DNA from: Octopus sinensis
Lineage: Eukaryota
Direction of reading: 5' to 3'
Length of the DNA: 64,000 nucleotides
Assembly (NCBI RefSeq): GCF_006345805.1
Contig: NC_043000.1
Coordinates: 124,001 to 188,000, forward strand
How positions within the stretch are numbered: position 1 is the stretch's first letter; the number at the start of each line of letters is the position of its first letter. A model generated the notes under the pieces. That model made no database searches. It saw nothing but the letters and a program-made list of their open reading frames with translations, and had not been told where the DNA came from. Below, piece by piece: positions 13,051-25,710 of this stretch. A program made the position numbers and the translations under genes.

Positions 13051-13849
13051 TTTTGTTACCTAATATTGAAAGGATGTAAACTCACTAACCATCAGGAAAC
13101 GAGTGCAGCAGCAGCAGCCGCAGCAGCAACAACAACGACAACAACAATCTAACAATAATAGCAACAGCATCACTGATATGGGCTGAGAAAATATTTTCCT
13201 GTAATTTCCTTTTGCGTCTCCACAGGTTTTGTTGTGTAGTGTTTCAAACCAGAAGAGGAAAAAAAGAGGGGGGAAAAACAAACAAAACAACGTAAAACAA
13301 AAATAACAAAATAAATACCAATAAATAAACAACAAGAAGAAAAGCAATCATTTGTTGCACCTTATCTCTATTAAGATGTTTAGATAATTGCACTTGAGTT
13401 TGAAAACTTCACCCAACTTTTCAAAAATTGCTGAAGCACCTACATCAACCTTTCCCACCAGTTGTGAAGTGAATTCTCTTATCGAGCTCTGTGTACTTGA
13501 CCGAAAGGAGGCTACATCTGTAATATTATTGCTATTGATAGCTTTCAAATAGCATGGAAAGTACACCTTGCTGAGACATGTTATCAAAGTCTGGAGATAA
13601 GAATATAGGTCTGATATAATGTAGAGCTGAGAATGAAATATACGTTATGAAATACATCATGTGTTGGCATGTCTTCAAGCAAACTGAAGACAATAGAAGC
13701 TTCTTTTTTTTTATATATATTTTGAACAAATCTTTCGTTTCTATTTTATTTCGTTGCTATCTTCTCCCATAATTCAATGAGTTGTTGGGTGAACAATGGC
13801 TATTTCAATTTTAGGTAATGCGATGTCTTGCAAACAACTTGCACATGCA

Positions 13850-14250
13850 AGTGCTACCAGTCAAAAACTCCGCATACCAGAAGCCAGCAAGTGTATGGGG
13901 TCATTAGGAAAGAATGCGCGCCGTTTCGGGGCCTACCTCTCGACGGCATCAATGCGCATCTCACTGATATGAGGCCCTGCTTGCTATATCAGCTGGTTAT
14001 CAAATAAAGCTCATTATTCTTCTAGCTATCGCTCATCGTCTCTTCTTTACTAAATCCAGTGGCTAGCCTTCTCCACTGTAGTTTGGATATCGGTCATGGT
14101 AGTATTGACTTTACGATGAGTTAGGCCTAGCATATCAGACATGTGATAGCACAATACATAAGCATAAATCCACAGACAACAGGTGAACACATGCGGTTGC
14201 TGAGTGGTATCCAAGAGATCGGGCAAGGCCTCTATGTAAGCCTTCACGAC
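13850..14250 (-). mobile_element. Possible 3' remnant of an RLE-type (Hero-like) non-LTR element
   Basis: Minus frame ..MLGLTHRKVNTTMTDIQTTVEKASHWI resembles the ..AE(K/R)AS.W(I/L)WLKR C-terminus I recall for Hero elements; decayed. Confidence 0.35.
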
Positions 14251-14450
14251 GATGGATAGCGATTTAATTAAACGATTTACGTCAAGAGGGAAAAGGCAGT
14301 TGCAATCCAGAACGATTTAGAAGCGCATTGTAATCAGTGATGAATAATGAATTTTGACAATCAAGTCTATACGGGTGATACAAGTGTTATTTAGAGGCAA
14401 GTTAATGTGGCCGAGCTCATCTTGTTTCAGTCTATACCCATAGTCTGAGT

Positions 14451-17400
14451 CAGGCAGCGGCAGCCTTTTGATAATGGAGTGCCAAATCTAGCTTCCAAAA
14501 GCATTGCGCATGCCAACCTCATATTACTACTTTTATTAGTAGTGTTTATACTCTTAAAACTTGCTATAACAGAAATACATTTTATATATCCTTTAATAAT
14601 TCATATTACATGGAAACAAATATAATTTTATTAAAATAATTCATTAAACATTTTTTTTCGAATTATAAAAAACAGAACAAAATTATAAACAAGTTATAAA
14701 CAACAGTAACATTAAATTTCTATAAATTAAGAGAACTTTCTACCTGTAAATTTTTGCTTAATTTCTCGATATTATGTGCATAATTTGTTGTTTTTAGTTT
14801 CACGTAAGCTTCCGAATCTTGAATTGTCAGACAACTTCTTTATGGAGTCAAAACAAATTTCAAACGTGAAATAATTTGTTTGCATGCATATGTTGAGCCA
14901 AAGGTTGAAAGCAGAGCATATGAGATTTTCTTCAAAGTATTGAATCCTTCAGGCAATGACATCCAGCAATTGAAGATGGCAACAGACTTCTCCAAGCAGC
15001 TTCTTTCAAGAGTTTTTCGTAATTCCACAAATTTTGTTTTCCAAAATTCTGAAGTTGTTAATTCAATCATTTCCATTTCAAAACTACCGACGTGCTTCCA
15101 CTCAAAATGTGATCGATCAAATGGGTTCGTTTTCAAATAAATCAAGTCGGATTTAATGAGTAAAGAAAATACAGGAGCGTAAGTTTCGAAATCTTCACCT
15201 CGGAAAATTCTTCTTTCAACGTTGCAATATATTTTTGAAGTCCATTTTTGTTAACATTAAATCGATTTGAATAAGTTTTTACATTTGGAAAGTATTTGTA
15301 AGTGTTGCTAAGTATATCACTCCAAAAAATATCTAGTTTTAACAAGAATCCTTTCCACTGTTCAAAAAGATCAAGTACTGTTTGGGCTCTCCTTTGTAAA
15401 TGCAAATTTAAATCATTGAAGTGTTTGCTCATGGTAATTAGAAATATCAATTTAAATAACCGTCTTCATTGTCCAATTCTGAGAACCGTTTCTCTTCAAG
15501 AAATATTTTGATTTCTTCTAAGCATGATACAAATCTGTTCAAAACATTACCCCGACTAAGCCAACGAACATTACTGTGTAGTATGAGGTCTGCATATTCG
15601 CTGTCCAATTCTTGCAGAAGGGACTTAGATTGTCTGTGAGTCAGTGAAGAGCGAGAAACTATGAGGTTAACTATTTTAACAACAGTCTCCATCACAGAAC
15701 TCAAGCTTTGAGACGAAATTTTCGCAACTAAATTTTTTTGATGTATAAAACAATTAAAACTCATTACACTGCATCCAATATGATTTTCAAGAAGATTAAC
15801 AAATCCTTTTTCCTTTCCAACCATTGCACGTGCACCATCAGAAGTAATACAAAATAATTTAATTATATCAATGACTTGATTTTCCAATAAATTTACAAAT
15901 GCAGTCAGAACGTCCTGTCCTGTAGCCATATTGGTAAATGGAATCAAACAACACAGTTCTTCATAAATACGAACATTGTCGCAGTATCTTGCAACGATTG
16001 TTAGGTGCGCCATGTCATTCACGTCAGTACTTTCATTGACAGCAACACTGAATGCAGCAGCTTTTTGTAATCCAACTTTTTGTTTTATTGTTGTGTTTTC
16101 AGCTATATCATTTATACGTCTCTCAATTGATCATGCAGAAGCTGGTATTTCTTGAATTCGAAACAGTATTGTTTCAGTGTTTGGTAAATCACTGAACAAA
16201 ATTTTAGCACTTCTCAGGAAAGCATTTTTGATAAAATCTCCATCTGTAAAAGGTTTACCTTTCTCAGCTATACATTGAGCAATTGTGTAACTACATTCGT
16301 TGGCTTTATTTTGGGTTCCAAGCATCAGAACAAAAACAGAAGTGTTTTTTTTTGTAACTAGAAATAGCCCTTTTAATGGCTTCAGTTTTCTCATTAAAGT
16401 TTTTAAATGTAGCATGATGTCTAGTTTGATTATTATGTCTCTGTACACTTGATGTACGACAAACAACAGATTCACAGTAGAATGCACACATAGCTCGATC
16501 ATTTTGCTGTACAAATCCATACTCAGTTCTCCAGAAATCTTGAAATGAACGAACGTCAAGTTTATCTCTTTTGTTATTCATATTGGGGCCCTATATATTG
16601 ATAATTAATATTAAAAGGTGTATAAACCCTTAAACCAGATTCTACAATAAAAATAAAAACAAATAAAGATAATTAGAATAAAATAAATAGTAAAAAACTT
16701 TTAAAAAAGCAAAATAGTGAAATAAATTTAATGAATAAATTTTCGTAATAATAAAAAAAAATTAAATTAAAATAAATGGTAAGAATAAACAGAAAAAAAA
16801 AAGAAATACACTCAAAAAATCAGACAACTTGATTCACAACGGAGAAACGAAACCCAAAGAAAATAAGTATATATTTATTTTACTTTTCATGTCTGTTTGT
16901 CTTTGAAAACCTCACTCCCGCTTTTTCTTTCCATTTAATATAAAACTGGCCTCAAAATGAGATAATTTTAAAAGAGTCTACTTATAGATGACCCGCAAAG
17001 TAGGAACCCATTTTAAAGAATGTCTTTATTTAGACTGTAAGGGGGTTAATTAATTTTAACATATCATGATCTGCATTGCTAAATATACAACTGATTTTTA
17101 AAAATAGACGTTTGCAGCTATAGCACGTGGATTGAGTAATAAAGTACATATAAATGCTTTCAGCGCCAGCTTACAAACAACGAGTTAATTGTGCTAACAT
17201 TTATAATTCGGTATCGTCACAATTATTTGTGTTCAGTAGTACTATATTTTTAACGAAATGCAATGCTACCAAATACAGCTAGCTTTAAATAGTTTGGGTT
17301 AGAACAGATGAACCATAGAAAAAGACATGTAATGCTATAATTTAATTCGTATGATGTCGCTTCCTGAAATATAGTTATAAACAAAAAATTACGTTTATTT

Positions 17401-17480
17401 TTTGCCAAGAGGCGTGCATGCTGTTGTAAATTGGTCCACGTGCCGCACATGACACGCGTGCCATAGGTTGCCAACGCTTG
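14451..17480 (-). mobile_element. Full-length decayed hAT transposon (Buster/SPIN/Charlie-like)
   Basis: Imperfect 15-bp TIRs CAGGCAGCGGCAGCC / CAAGCGTTGGCAACC; 8-bp TSD gtctgagt (14443-14450) / gtctaagt (17481-17488), nnnTAnnn pattern. Confidence 0.85.
14840..16581 (-). pseudogene. hAT (Buster-type) transposase pseudogene
   Basis: Frameshifted pieces: BED-like N-terminus (FQDFWRTEYGF..C..C..RH), KGKPFTDGDFIK, CITSDGARAMVG, NCFIHQ, HSNVRWLSRG, dimerisation domain LLSTFGSTYAC. Confidence 0.9.
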
Positions 17481-18030
17481 GTCTAAGTCATAGGGCTAAG
17501 CCAATCTAAGCTTCCAGTAGGGCCTTTATCTTATGTCATTTGACTAAGGCAGACGTTTTCGTCCACATACTGTATATCTAAGTAAAAAAGAACTTAGTTG
17601 AGAGGATTTCCATCAAAATCACGTGAAAAATTGAGTTAACACCTGTAAACTAACAAAGTTCTTGTCAAATTTGTGACACAGCTAATCTTTGGCGACATTT
17701 ACCTATAATACGGGTATCTGTTCTTCGATAAGTGGATTAGATTATTGCAGATGATTTTGGTGATAGACACATAACCTAGAAGCGGTAGACTTCTCTGTTG
17801 AGACATTCCTGTAAGCAATCCACAAGGTTGTTATGGTTCTGAAATGATAGATCTTACGAAAGGAAAAATGATTGCAAAGATACACATCTTTATGGATGAA
17901 GGAAGGAACTATATTTGAAATATGAAAAGATATAAAATCCGAAATAGTGATTAGAAAGTAATGTGTAATGTATGGAAATGAATTATCTATTCTGAATTAG
18001 AAACAAACCTATAATATTGTAGCTATAGGG

Positions 18031-19168
18031 CAGTGGTTTTTAACCTGAAGGGCACGCTCCACAACCAAGTGGGGCGCGAGCCCTTGAGAAAAAACAAGAA
18101 TTTCTCTTATTATATTTGTTATTCTCTTAACGAGAGCATGGTCGGATCTTTTCCTTTTGAACGGCAGATGTCAACACAATTTCTAGTTAACTAAACACTT
18201 TTAAACTTCGTATACTGGTAGAATGTGTTTATAAAACATCATTTTTTCTTGGCTTTATTGAGAAAATTCTATATATTGTAACATATTTCCACTTTAAAAT
18301 CGAGCATTTCGGCAATTTTAACCAATCGCTCACCTCCATTTGGGGTGAAAAGATTCTGTGCTGTATGAATATGTCCCTTGTTTAAGAAACAGATTGGGTT
18401 TATTTACATTTACGAAGAAAAAAAGATACCCTTCCCCCACCCCTAACCCTAACCCTAACCCTAATCCTAAAATAGATTGAAATGCAATAGATCGATACTA
18501 GGGTCATAATTATGGGTGACAATTTCATACGATACCGCTACGGAAAATGGGATTTTTTTCTAGCGGTGTCAAATGAAAATGTCACCCATAATTATGGCCC
18601 TAGTATCGATCTATTACATTTCAATCTATTTTAGGATTAGGGTTAGGGGTGGGGGAAGGGTATATTTTTTTCTTCGCAAATGTTAATAAACTCAATCTGT
18701 TTCTTAAACAAGGGACATATTCATACAGCACGGAATCTTTTCACCCCAAATGGAGGTGAGCGATTGGTTAAAATTGCCGAAATGCTCGATTTTAAAGTGG
18801 AAATATGTTACAATATATAGAATTTTCTCAATAAAGCCAAGAAAAAATGATGTTTTATAAACACATTCTACCAGTATACGAAGTTTAAAAGTGTTTAGTT
18901 AACTAAAAATTGTGTTGACATCTGTCGTTCAAAAGGAAAAGATCCGCATGGTCAAATAATGAAAAGTTTATGAAAAAATACAAAAGTTCCACCTTATACC
19001 TTTAGCTTTCTTCTCCTATTATCTTAGTGCAGCTTACCATTTTCTGTACTCATTGACACCCCTTCATATCCTTCAAAACCCTCACTCACTCTGAATTGTC
19101 GCTTTAACATATGCTTTTATTTTGTATTTTTTTTTTTGTTACAGCAACACTCAGGTTAAGAACCACTG
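18031..19168. mobile_element. hAT-type MITE interrupted by the Merlin-like foldback
   Basis: TIRs 'cagtggtttttaacctg' (18031) / 'caggttaagaaccactg' (ends 19168); degenerate TSD ctataggg / gtataaag. Confidence 0.7.
18144..18945. mobile_element. Foldback MITE, Merlin-like (GG termini, 8-bp TSD), carrying telomeric repeats
   Basis: About 400-bp arms meeting near 18550; termini ggatcttttcc / ggaaaagatcc; perfect TSD gcatggtc at 18136-18143 and 18946-18953; (CCCTAA)4 at 18441-18464 mirrored by TTAGGG repeats at 18631-18648. Confidence 0.85.
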
Positions 19169-19489
19169 GTATAAAGCTTAGATATTATTATCGTATAAAG
19201 ACAAACATTTTCTTCAGTTAATAGATTATAAACAAGTTTGATCAACGCTTTTCATATATATGAAATAATGTGATTCTTAAAAATCAAGAGATATGCTGAA
19301 ACATTATCAAATCATTATATAGTAACATACCAAAGGATATTAACTTAATTTAAAGTTTTAGCCTTATCTGTTTACAGTTTCACCGATGCAAAACCAAAGA
19401 CCAAAAAACAATAAAAATGGAAAATAAAAACGAATTATTGTTTTATATATTTTTGTCTATAGATGTGGGAGTTAGCCGTAATTATTTGC

Positions 19490-19882
19490 TTTCACATTTA
19501 GGCAGAAGGCCAGCAATTTTGTGGGGAGGGTCAAGTGGATTTCATCAACCCAGTGCTCAACTAGTACGTATTTTATCGACTCCGAAAGAATGAAAGGCAA
19601 AGTCGACCTCAGCGGAATTTGAACTCAGAACGTAAAAACGGACGAAATACCTGTTTCTTTACTACCCACAAGGGGCTAAACATAGAGGGGACAAACAAGG
19701 ACAGACGAACGGATTAAGTCGATTACATCGACCCCAGTGCGTAACTGGTGTTTAATTTATCGACCCCGAAGGATGAAAGGCAAAGTCGACCTCGGCTGAA
19801 TTTGAACTCAGAACGTAAAGACGGACGAAATGCTGCTAAGCATTTTGTCCGGCGCGCTAACGATTCTGTCAGTTCGCCGCTC
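19490..19882 (-). mobile_element. SINE family A dimer (headed unit + linker tail + head-less unit)
   Basis: Two copies of the core; junction 'gaaatacc|tgtttctttactacccacaagggg' at 19651/19652. Confidence 0.88.
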
Positions 19883-20399
19883 TAAAATAGTCATAATTGT
19901 TATTAACGTTGTCACGTTACTGAAGACTGGGTCATAAGAATTGCTTATGGTGAGTGCATTGCTGATAATTTTATTGCATTACATAAAGACCTTTAGTTAT
20001 CTTCAGTGACTTATATAAATAACAAGTGGGGAAAATATGTAGGTTATTTCATCAACCCCATCATGTTACTAATATTTGTACTACTTTGGCAGTGTATTAC
20101 TGGTATGGTTCCTATCTGGCCTAAATAAGGAGGTAAGAATGTAAAAATACTAATCTAATACATGCCAAGTATTTAGCCCAAACCACCACTGCTATTTCTA
20201 GTATGTTATCAGAATTGTGATAAATATGTATTGAGCTCCGTTTTATGAAGAAATAAGTGATAGTGGAGAAATAGGATATGCCTTAATAAATGAAAACTTA
20301 CTATACCAGTTAAGAATCGAACCTATGTCGCAGTATTGATTAGCTTGGAATTGATTAGCTTGTTGTTCTGAAATGCAGAGCCACTGAAGCTCGCTTTGC

Positions 20400-20543
20400 A
20401 GTCAGTTCGTTTCAGGTTCAGTGAGCAAGTTTCTTCCAGCTGACCAGTGTCTTCAGAATGAATTTGGTGGATGGAAACTATGTGGAAGCCCGCCATGTGT
20501 GTGTGTGTGTGTGTGTGTGCGTGTGTGTATGTGTGCGTGTGTG

Positions 20544-20574
<31 letters not shown>

Positions 20575-20790
20575 TTGTGTTTGTGTCTGTTTATCTCCCA
20601 CCACCGCTGGACAATTGGTATTGGTTTGTTTACGCTTTCGTAACATAACAGCTCGGCAAAAGGAGAAGATATGATTAGCATCAAACTTAAAAAGTAAATA
20701 GGGGGTTTAATTTGTTCGGGTAAGAAATCTTTTAAAGTGGTGTTCCAGCATGGCCACTGTCAAATGATTGAAACAAGTAAAAGAAGAGAC
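20400..20790 (+). mobile_element. SINE family B variant, decayed
   Basis: 'gaatttggtggatggaaactatgtggaagcccg', (TG)n, tail 'ggtgttccagcatggcc'. Confidence 0.7.
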
Positions 20791-21012
20791 TTGACCCTTT
20801 TTCTTTCCCGGTGTCCAGAATTATACAGTTTTGAAGGGAGTGGAGTAAGCCGTCACCTTCAACCTTAGTATATTTAACTGGTAACTTTATTCTGTCAAGC
20901 CCGAAAGGGAAAGTTGACATCAGTAGAATTTGAACTCAGAACATAAAGAATCGGAGCGAATATGGTAGAGCAATGTTACTTGTTCACCTACAGCCCTATC
21001 TGATAAAATATA

Positions 21013-21228
21013 TAATTCCTTCTACTGGAAGCACAAGGCCTCAAATTTAGGGTAAGGGATTAAATCGATTACATTGACGCCAGTGCGTAACTGGTACTTA
21101 TTTAATCGATCCCGAAAAGATGAAGAGCAAAGTCGGCTTCTGCGGAATTTGAACTCAGAACGTAGCGGCAGACGACATACAGCTAAGCATTTCGCCTGAC
21201 AAATTAACGATTCTGCCATCTCGCCGCC
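21013..21228 (-). mobile_element. SINE family A (a partial second copy lies at about 20830-20960)
   Basis: 'ttctactggaagcacaaggcc' ... 'aacgattctgccatctcgccgcc'. Confidence 0.88.
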
Positions 21229-21941
21229 ATATCTGATAAATATATAATGATTGGAATATCATCACTTTAAAACAAATATAACTAAAAGGGGAAACCAGGA
21301 CTTAAAATACCTGCAATTATTTCCCGTTTATACCAGAACTTTCCATCCTTGTTAGAAACAAAAGAAAAAAACAAAAAGATAAGGGGGGAAAAACAAATGA
21401 AAGCAAAGACACAATTGAAATTAGACAGTAGCTTCGCTGAGAAACCAAGAGAGAACTTAATAATTGAACATGTGCTTCGAAGTAAGGGTCATTTGAATTG
21501 TTATCATTATGTAAAAAAAAATAAACATAAATAAAGTTTTTCGTGTGTGATAAGAAAACATGGTCGACACATTTGGAATAATCAGTTTATTCATGTCTCT
21601 TAATTTAATTTCCTTGTTTCTGAAAATGTCTGTTTTGTTATTATGGTTGTTGTTGTTGTTGCACTGCTGCTGCTACTGGGGTATCATAGCTCGCAGATTG
21701 ATTTTACAAAGTGAAGCTATGGCGGATTGTTGTAATTTGAGTGTCCCAAGTTGTCGGTAGTTTTTTTTTTTTTTTTCCTCATATATGAAAATGAATCGCA
21801 CTTTCTTACTTGTTCCAAGTTGCAATGAGAATAAAAGAAATAAAAACGGCCACGCCCCAGGGCTGAAACATATAAAAGAATAAAAGAATTAGGTGCAAAC
21901 GTGGCTGGGTGGTAAGAAGTTTGCATCTCAAGTGTCTTTTA

Positions 21942-22508
21942 TTGGGTTGTCCGGAAAGTTCGTGCCGATTTTTAAAGGAAAGAAAAAGGTCAATAAATAC
22001 TTGCCATTACATTTTTAATCAACTAAATATTAACCATTTTGTTGCACAATGCGTCTCCATTTTTCCTGTAACTTGAAAATACCCTCTTCCCAGAACTGAG
22101 GTGGTTTCATGGCAGAGAATTCATCAAGGTATATTTTTACGTCATCCAAGGAATTGAAATTTTTACCATTGAGATTATTCTGCAGAGACCTGAATAAATG
22201 GAAATCCGAAGGAGCAATATCTGGTGAATATGGAGGGTCGGGGTAACACATCCCAGCCGAACTGCAGCAATTTTTGTCTGGTTCCCAAAGCATCAAGTGC
22301 CGAAAATGAACTTTCTTATCTTCCATTTTAAAGGGTTACAGAATTAACACAGGTTATAAGAATATAAACCTTCTTCCACGAAAAGATAGCTTAAACTGTG
22401 CTCTAAATGGAGGTGTAGTCAAATCCTATTTTATGGACTCAACCATATTCTAAAATAAGTCGAAAGGTAAGCTACTATAAATCGGCACGAACTTTCCGGA
22501 CAGCCCAA
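21942..22508 (-). mobile_element. Internally deleted mariner, copy 2, inserted into a family B SINE
   Basis: Same TIRs and TA TSD as 11307-11817; ORF piece PPYSPDIAPSDFHLFRSLQ..WEEGIFKLQEKW; SINE halves 'aagtgtcttt' (left) and 'ctatagcctt..aaagccttgtgag' (right) rejoin across it. Confidence 0.93.
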
Positions 22509-22810
22509 TACTATAGCCTTCGACCAACCAAAGCCTTGTGAGCGAACTTGGTAGGAAATTAAAAGAAGCCCGTCGTATATACACACATATGTGTGCGTGT
22601 GTTTGTCCCCTCCACCATTTCTGGGCTTGTTTACGTCCTCCTAAATTAGGAATTAGCAAATTAACTATATCTATCCTTGTAGATAATACATACAGAACTA
22701 TGCACCTTCTGTACGCACACACACATACACACACAAACACACACACACACACATACACACATATATATGTATATGTATGTATGTATGTATGTATGCATGT
22801 ATGTATGCAT

Positions 22811-23672
22811 GTCAGGTCACTTGCGAGGCTCTTAAAAGTGCTACTAGTAACATGGAACCCAGTACAACTTGTTGCATGGTCGGGTTTTCGATGACTTAAC
22901 CGGCACCCCCACCAGGCTAGCCTGGTGAAGAGGGTTGCTAGAAACCCAGCAGGACTAAAAACAAGACCTGTTGAAAGGCCGGAAGAATCTAGTGCAGGTT
23001 CAACGACTATCTAGCAATATCACGTACACGCAGAAATTCCGGGATGGTGACTGGCATGCTGGAAGACCACTGGGAGTGAGACATCTCTTAGCTCTTGTTG
23101 AAACATGTCTCTAGGAGAAGGCTACCCTAATATAAAACCAGATATGCAGGGAATGGGATTTTACATTTTGGGGAACTTTTGCCTATGCTTGAGATCATGG
23201 TGCTCCCACATCTATGAGCCTTCAACTCATATTGACACCAGACATCTTGCCTCGGCCTGTCTCTGGATAATGTCAATAGAGTGGAGAGGGCTATGAAGGG
23301 TCATGCAAGCGATGTGAAGGTGGTAAAGCATGCAGGACTGAGGGTTGGAAGCATGTAATCAGTGACCTGCACGTAGACGGCCCATGATAGATATAAAGTC
23401 GTCTCCTAGTTGTCCAAGATAACGATGGGATTCGGTTGCTGCATGGTTGGCTAAGTAGCTCCATTTAGGGAGAGCACTGCGCACCCGGAGGCCAGAGAGG
23501 TTCTAGAAAAGGTGAACCAAAAATTGCCTGTCTTTGTCTATCTTGTCAGTTTAGCGCGATTGACGGATGTCCATCCTGCGCTCGAAAAGTAAAGACAATA
23601 CTTATAAAATCTGGTTGGAGCTTGAATATTTCATGTTGGAATGTGCGCACTCTGTTTGATAACACGAGTGAC
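22811..23672 (+). mobile_element. 5' end of an RTE-clade LINE (5'UTR and start of the APE endonuclease), 3'-truncated
   Basis: Ends in LNISCWNVRTLFDN, the typical RTE APE N-terminal motif; the upstream extent is approximate. Confidence 0.55.
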
Positions 23673-23679
23673 TATAGGA

Positions 23680-23850
23680 TTATAACAGCGAAAATGGACA
23701 CGAAAGTATCTTCAAAGCCGGATCTTTTGAGATTACTGAATGAAACGTAGCAAAAAATTCCGCGAGAGAATATTCGTCATCTGAACAGTAACATACCTAA
23801 TAGGGCCCTTACATTGAAAAACGCAAAGGGCATGTCTACTAAATATTAAA
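23680..23850 (+). pseudogene. Tc1-like transposase C-terminal remnant
   Basis: ET*QKIPRENIRHLNSNIPNRALTLKNAKGMSTKY* matches the Tc1 W..IP...I..L..SMP.R.....AKG..TKY end. Confidence 0.6.
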
Positions 23851-24690
23851 TATTCACATTATAACAATAAATAATTTGAATGTATAATGTCAGATTTGAA
23901 TACATTTTAATGATTATAAGCGCATTTATTTAATTGTCATGCCTGTGTATATGTATTCATAAATGTGTATGTATAATAAACACGACTATGCACTTATTTA
24001 AATAAATGCACACACGAACACACAAATACACGCGTATTATACACAAACATGCAAGCATATTCATGAGTATATAAATATTTGTGAGACGCTATGTATTTAT
24101 ATATGTATTTGATATTATATCTCAGAAAAAGCACGCAGAGTAGCCCTACCTCTATCACAACCACTAAAACTTCACAAGGCAGTTATTAGATACACTAGGT
24201 AGTTATATAAAAATGTTTCTGGATGTGTGTTTTATTTTTTTTTTTTCTTAGTTCTCTTTTTTTATGTTCAGACATTGATTCACACAGGAAAAGCTGCGCC
24301 TTTCAGCTCACAGCCAGTTTTAGACTTTAGTTCTTGTGTTTTGGAGCATTCTAAATTTCTACACCAAATAATTTATAAATTCACATGTAGAACTCAGAAA
24401 GAGAAGTTATTGTTTCGACATTGGCATATTGGTATATACACCCCTTTAAACACATATACACATAGACATTTGCTCACACAAATCCGTACATACGCAAGTA
24501 GTAGTAGTAGTAGTAGTAGAAGTAGTGGTGGTGGTGGTGGTGGTGGTGGTAGTGGTAGTAACAACAACAGCAGCAGAGGTGACAGCAAGGGTCTTTTTCT
24601 TACAAATAAAATAAATACAATTGAGCCCCTATTTCACCTATGGTCTTCCCAGTTCTGTCTCTCCCTCGCTCTCTCTCTCTAAATATCTAT

Positions 24691-24727
<37 letters not shown>

Positions 24728-24944
24728 AGGCTGTCTGTCTGTCTGTCTATCTACCATTCTGTCTTTCTACCTATCTATCTATCTATCTACCTATCTATCT
24801 ACCTATCTATATATCTACCTATCTATCTATCTATCTATCTATCTCTCTATATATTGAATACATACATGCATACATACATACATATGTGTGTGTGTATATA
24901 TTTATGTATTTGTATGTATATATGTATGTATGTATATACATATA

Positions 24945-25354
24945 AGGCAGAGGAAAGATATGCAAATATATACTTTTGGAAGATCTTGATAGAACCTGTA
25001 CAAAATTTTCGCATTAAAAATTAGACGTACATTAAAACTGGACACACTGTATAGTGCCAGAGATCCCAGCAACACCATCAATATGCATTACAGGATACTG
25101 CAACAGTTTGGGTTTGGAGTTTTTCAATATTCTCCCAAAGAACCTGAGAGATCTGTATGGGGTGGATGTAGGTGTCTCCAAAACTTCTCGTATTAAGGGC
25201 TCCGGAAGATGAGGGTAGCAACTTCAAGCTCCCTCGTTCAAGAAATACCATTTACTAGAGGAAGTTTCAAGTAATAAAGTGTAGCAAAGCTAATATCGGT
25301 GACCCAGCATGGCCGCAGCTCTCGATGAGTAACTAGTAAAAAGGAAAAAGAAAA
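24945..25354 (+). mobile_element. 3' fragment of a CR1/L2-group LINE
   Basis: Frames give IYFWKIL...NF.I and IVPEIPATPS..YCNSLG..FNILPKNLRDLYGVDV; 3' end 'ggtgacccagcatggccgcagc'. Confidence 0.7.
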
Positions 25355-25516
25355 TATATATATATACATATATTATATATATATACATATTAGAAGAAAT
25401 GAGGTACTCAGAAAATCGGATGGCTTATATTTACAGATATTTATTTGTATATTACATTTTTTATATATATCATATCACTTAGATCATTAGCGCTTTCTCC
25501 CATTCTAGTGGGGTTT

Positions 25517-25562
<46 letters not shown>

Positions 25563-25576
25563 TTATATATATATAC

Positions 25577-25631
<55 letters not shown>

Positions 25632-25650
25632 ATATATATATATACATATG

Positions 25651-25692
<42 letters not shown>

Positions 25693-25710
25693 TTATACAC
25701 ACATATATAT

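Noticed and set aside
18441-18648. Interstitial telomere or chromosome-fusion scar
   Set aside because: Only 2-4 units, symmetrically placed inside a TSD-bounded transposon, so they are part of the element.
20420-20460. Minus-strand CTGAAGA...GAAAC match
   Set aside because: It lies in a decayed SINE segment and forms no stems; a chance match.
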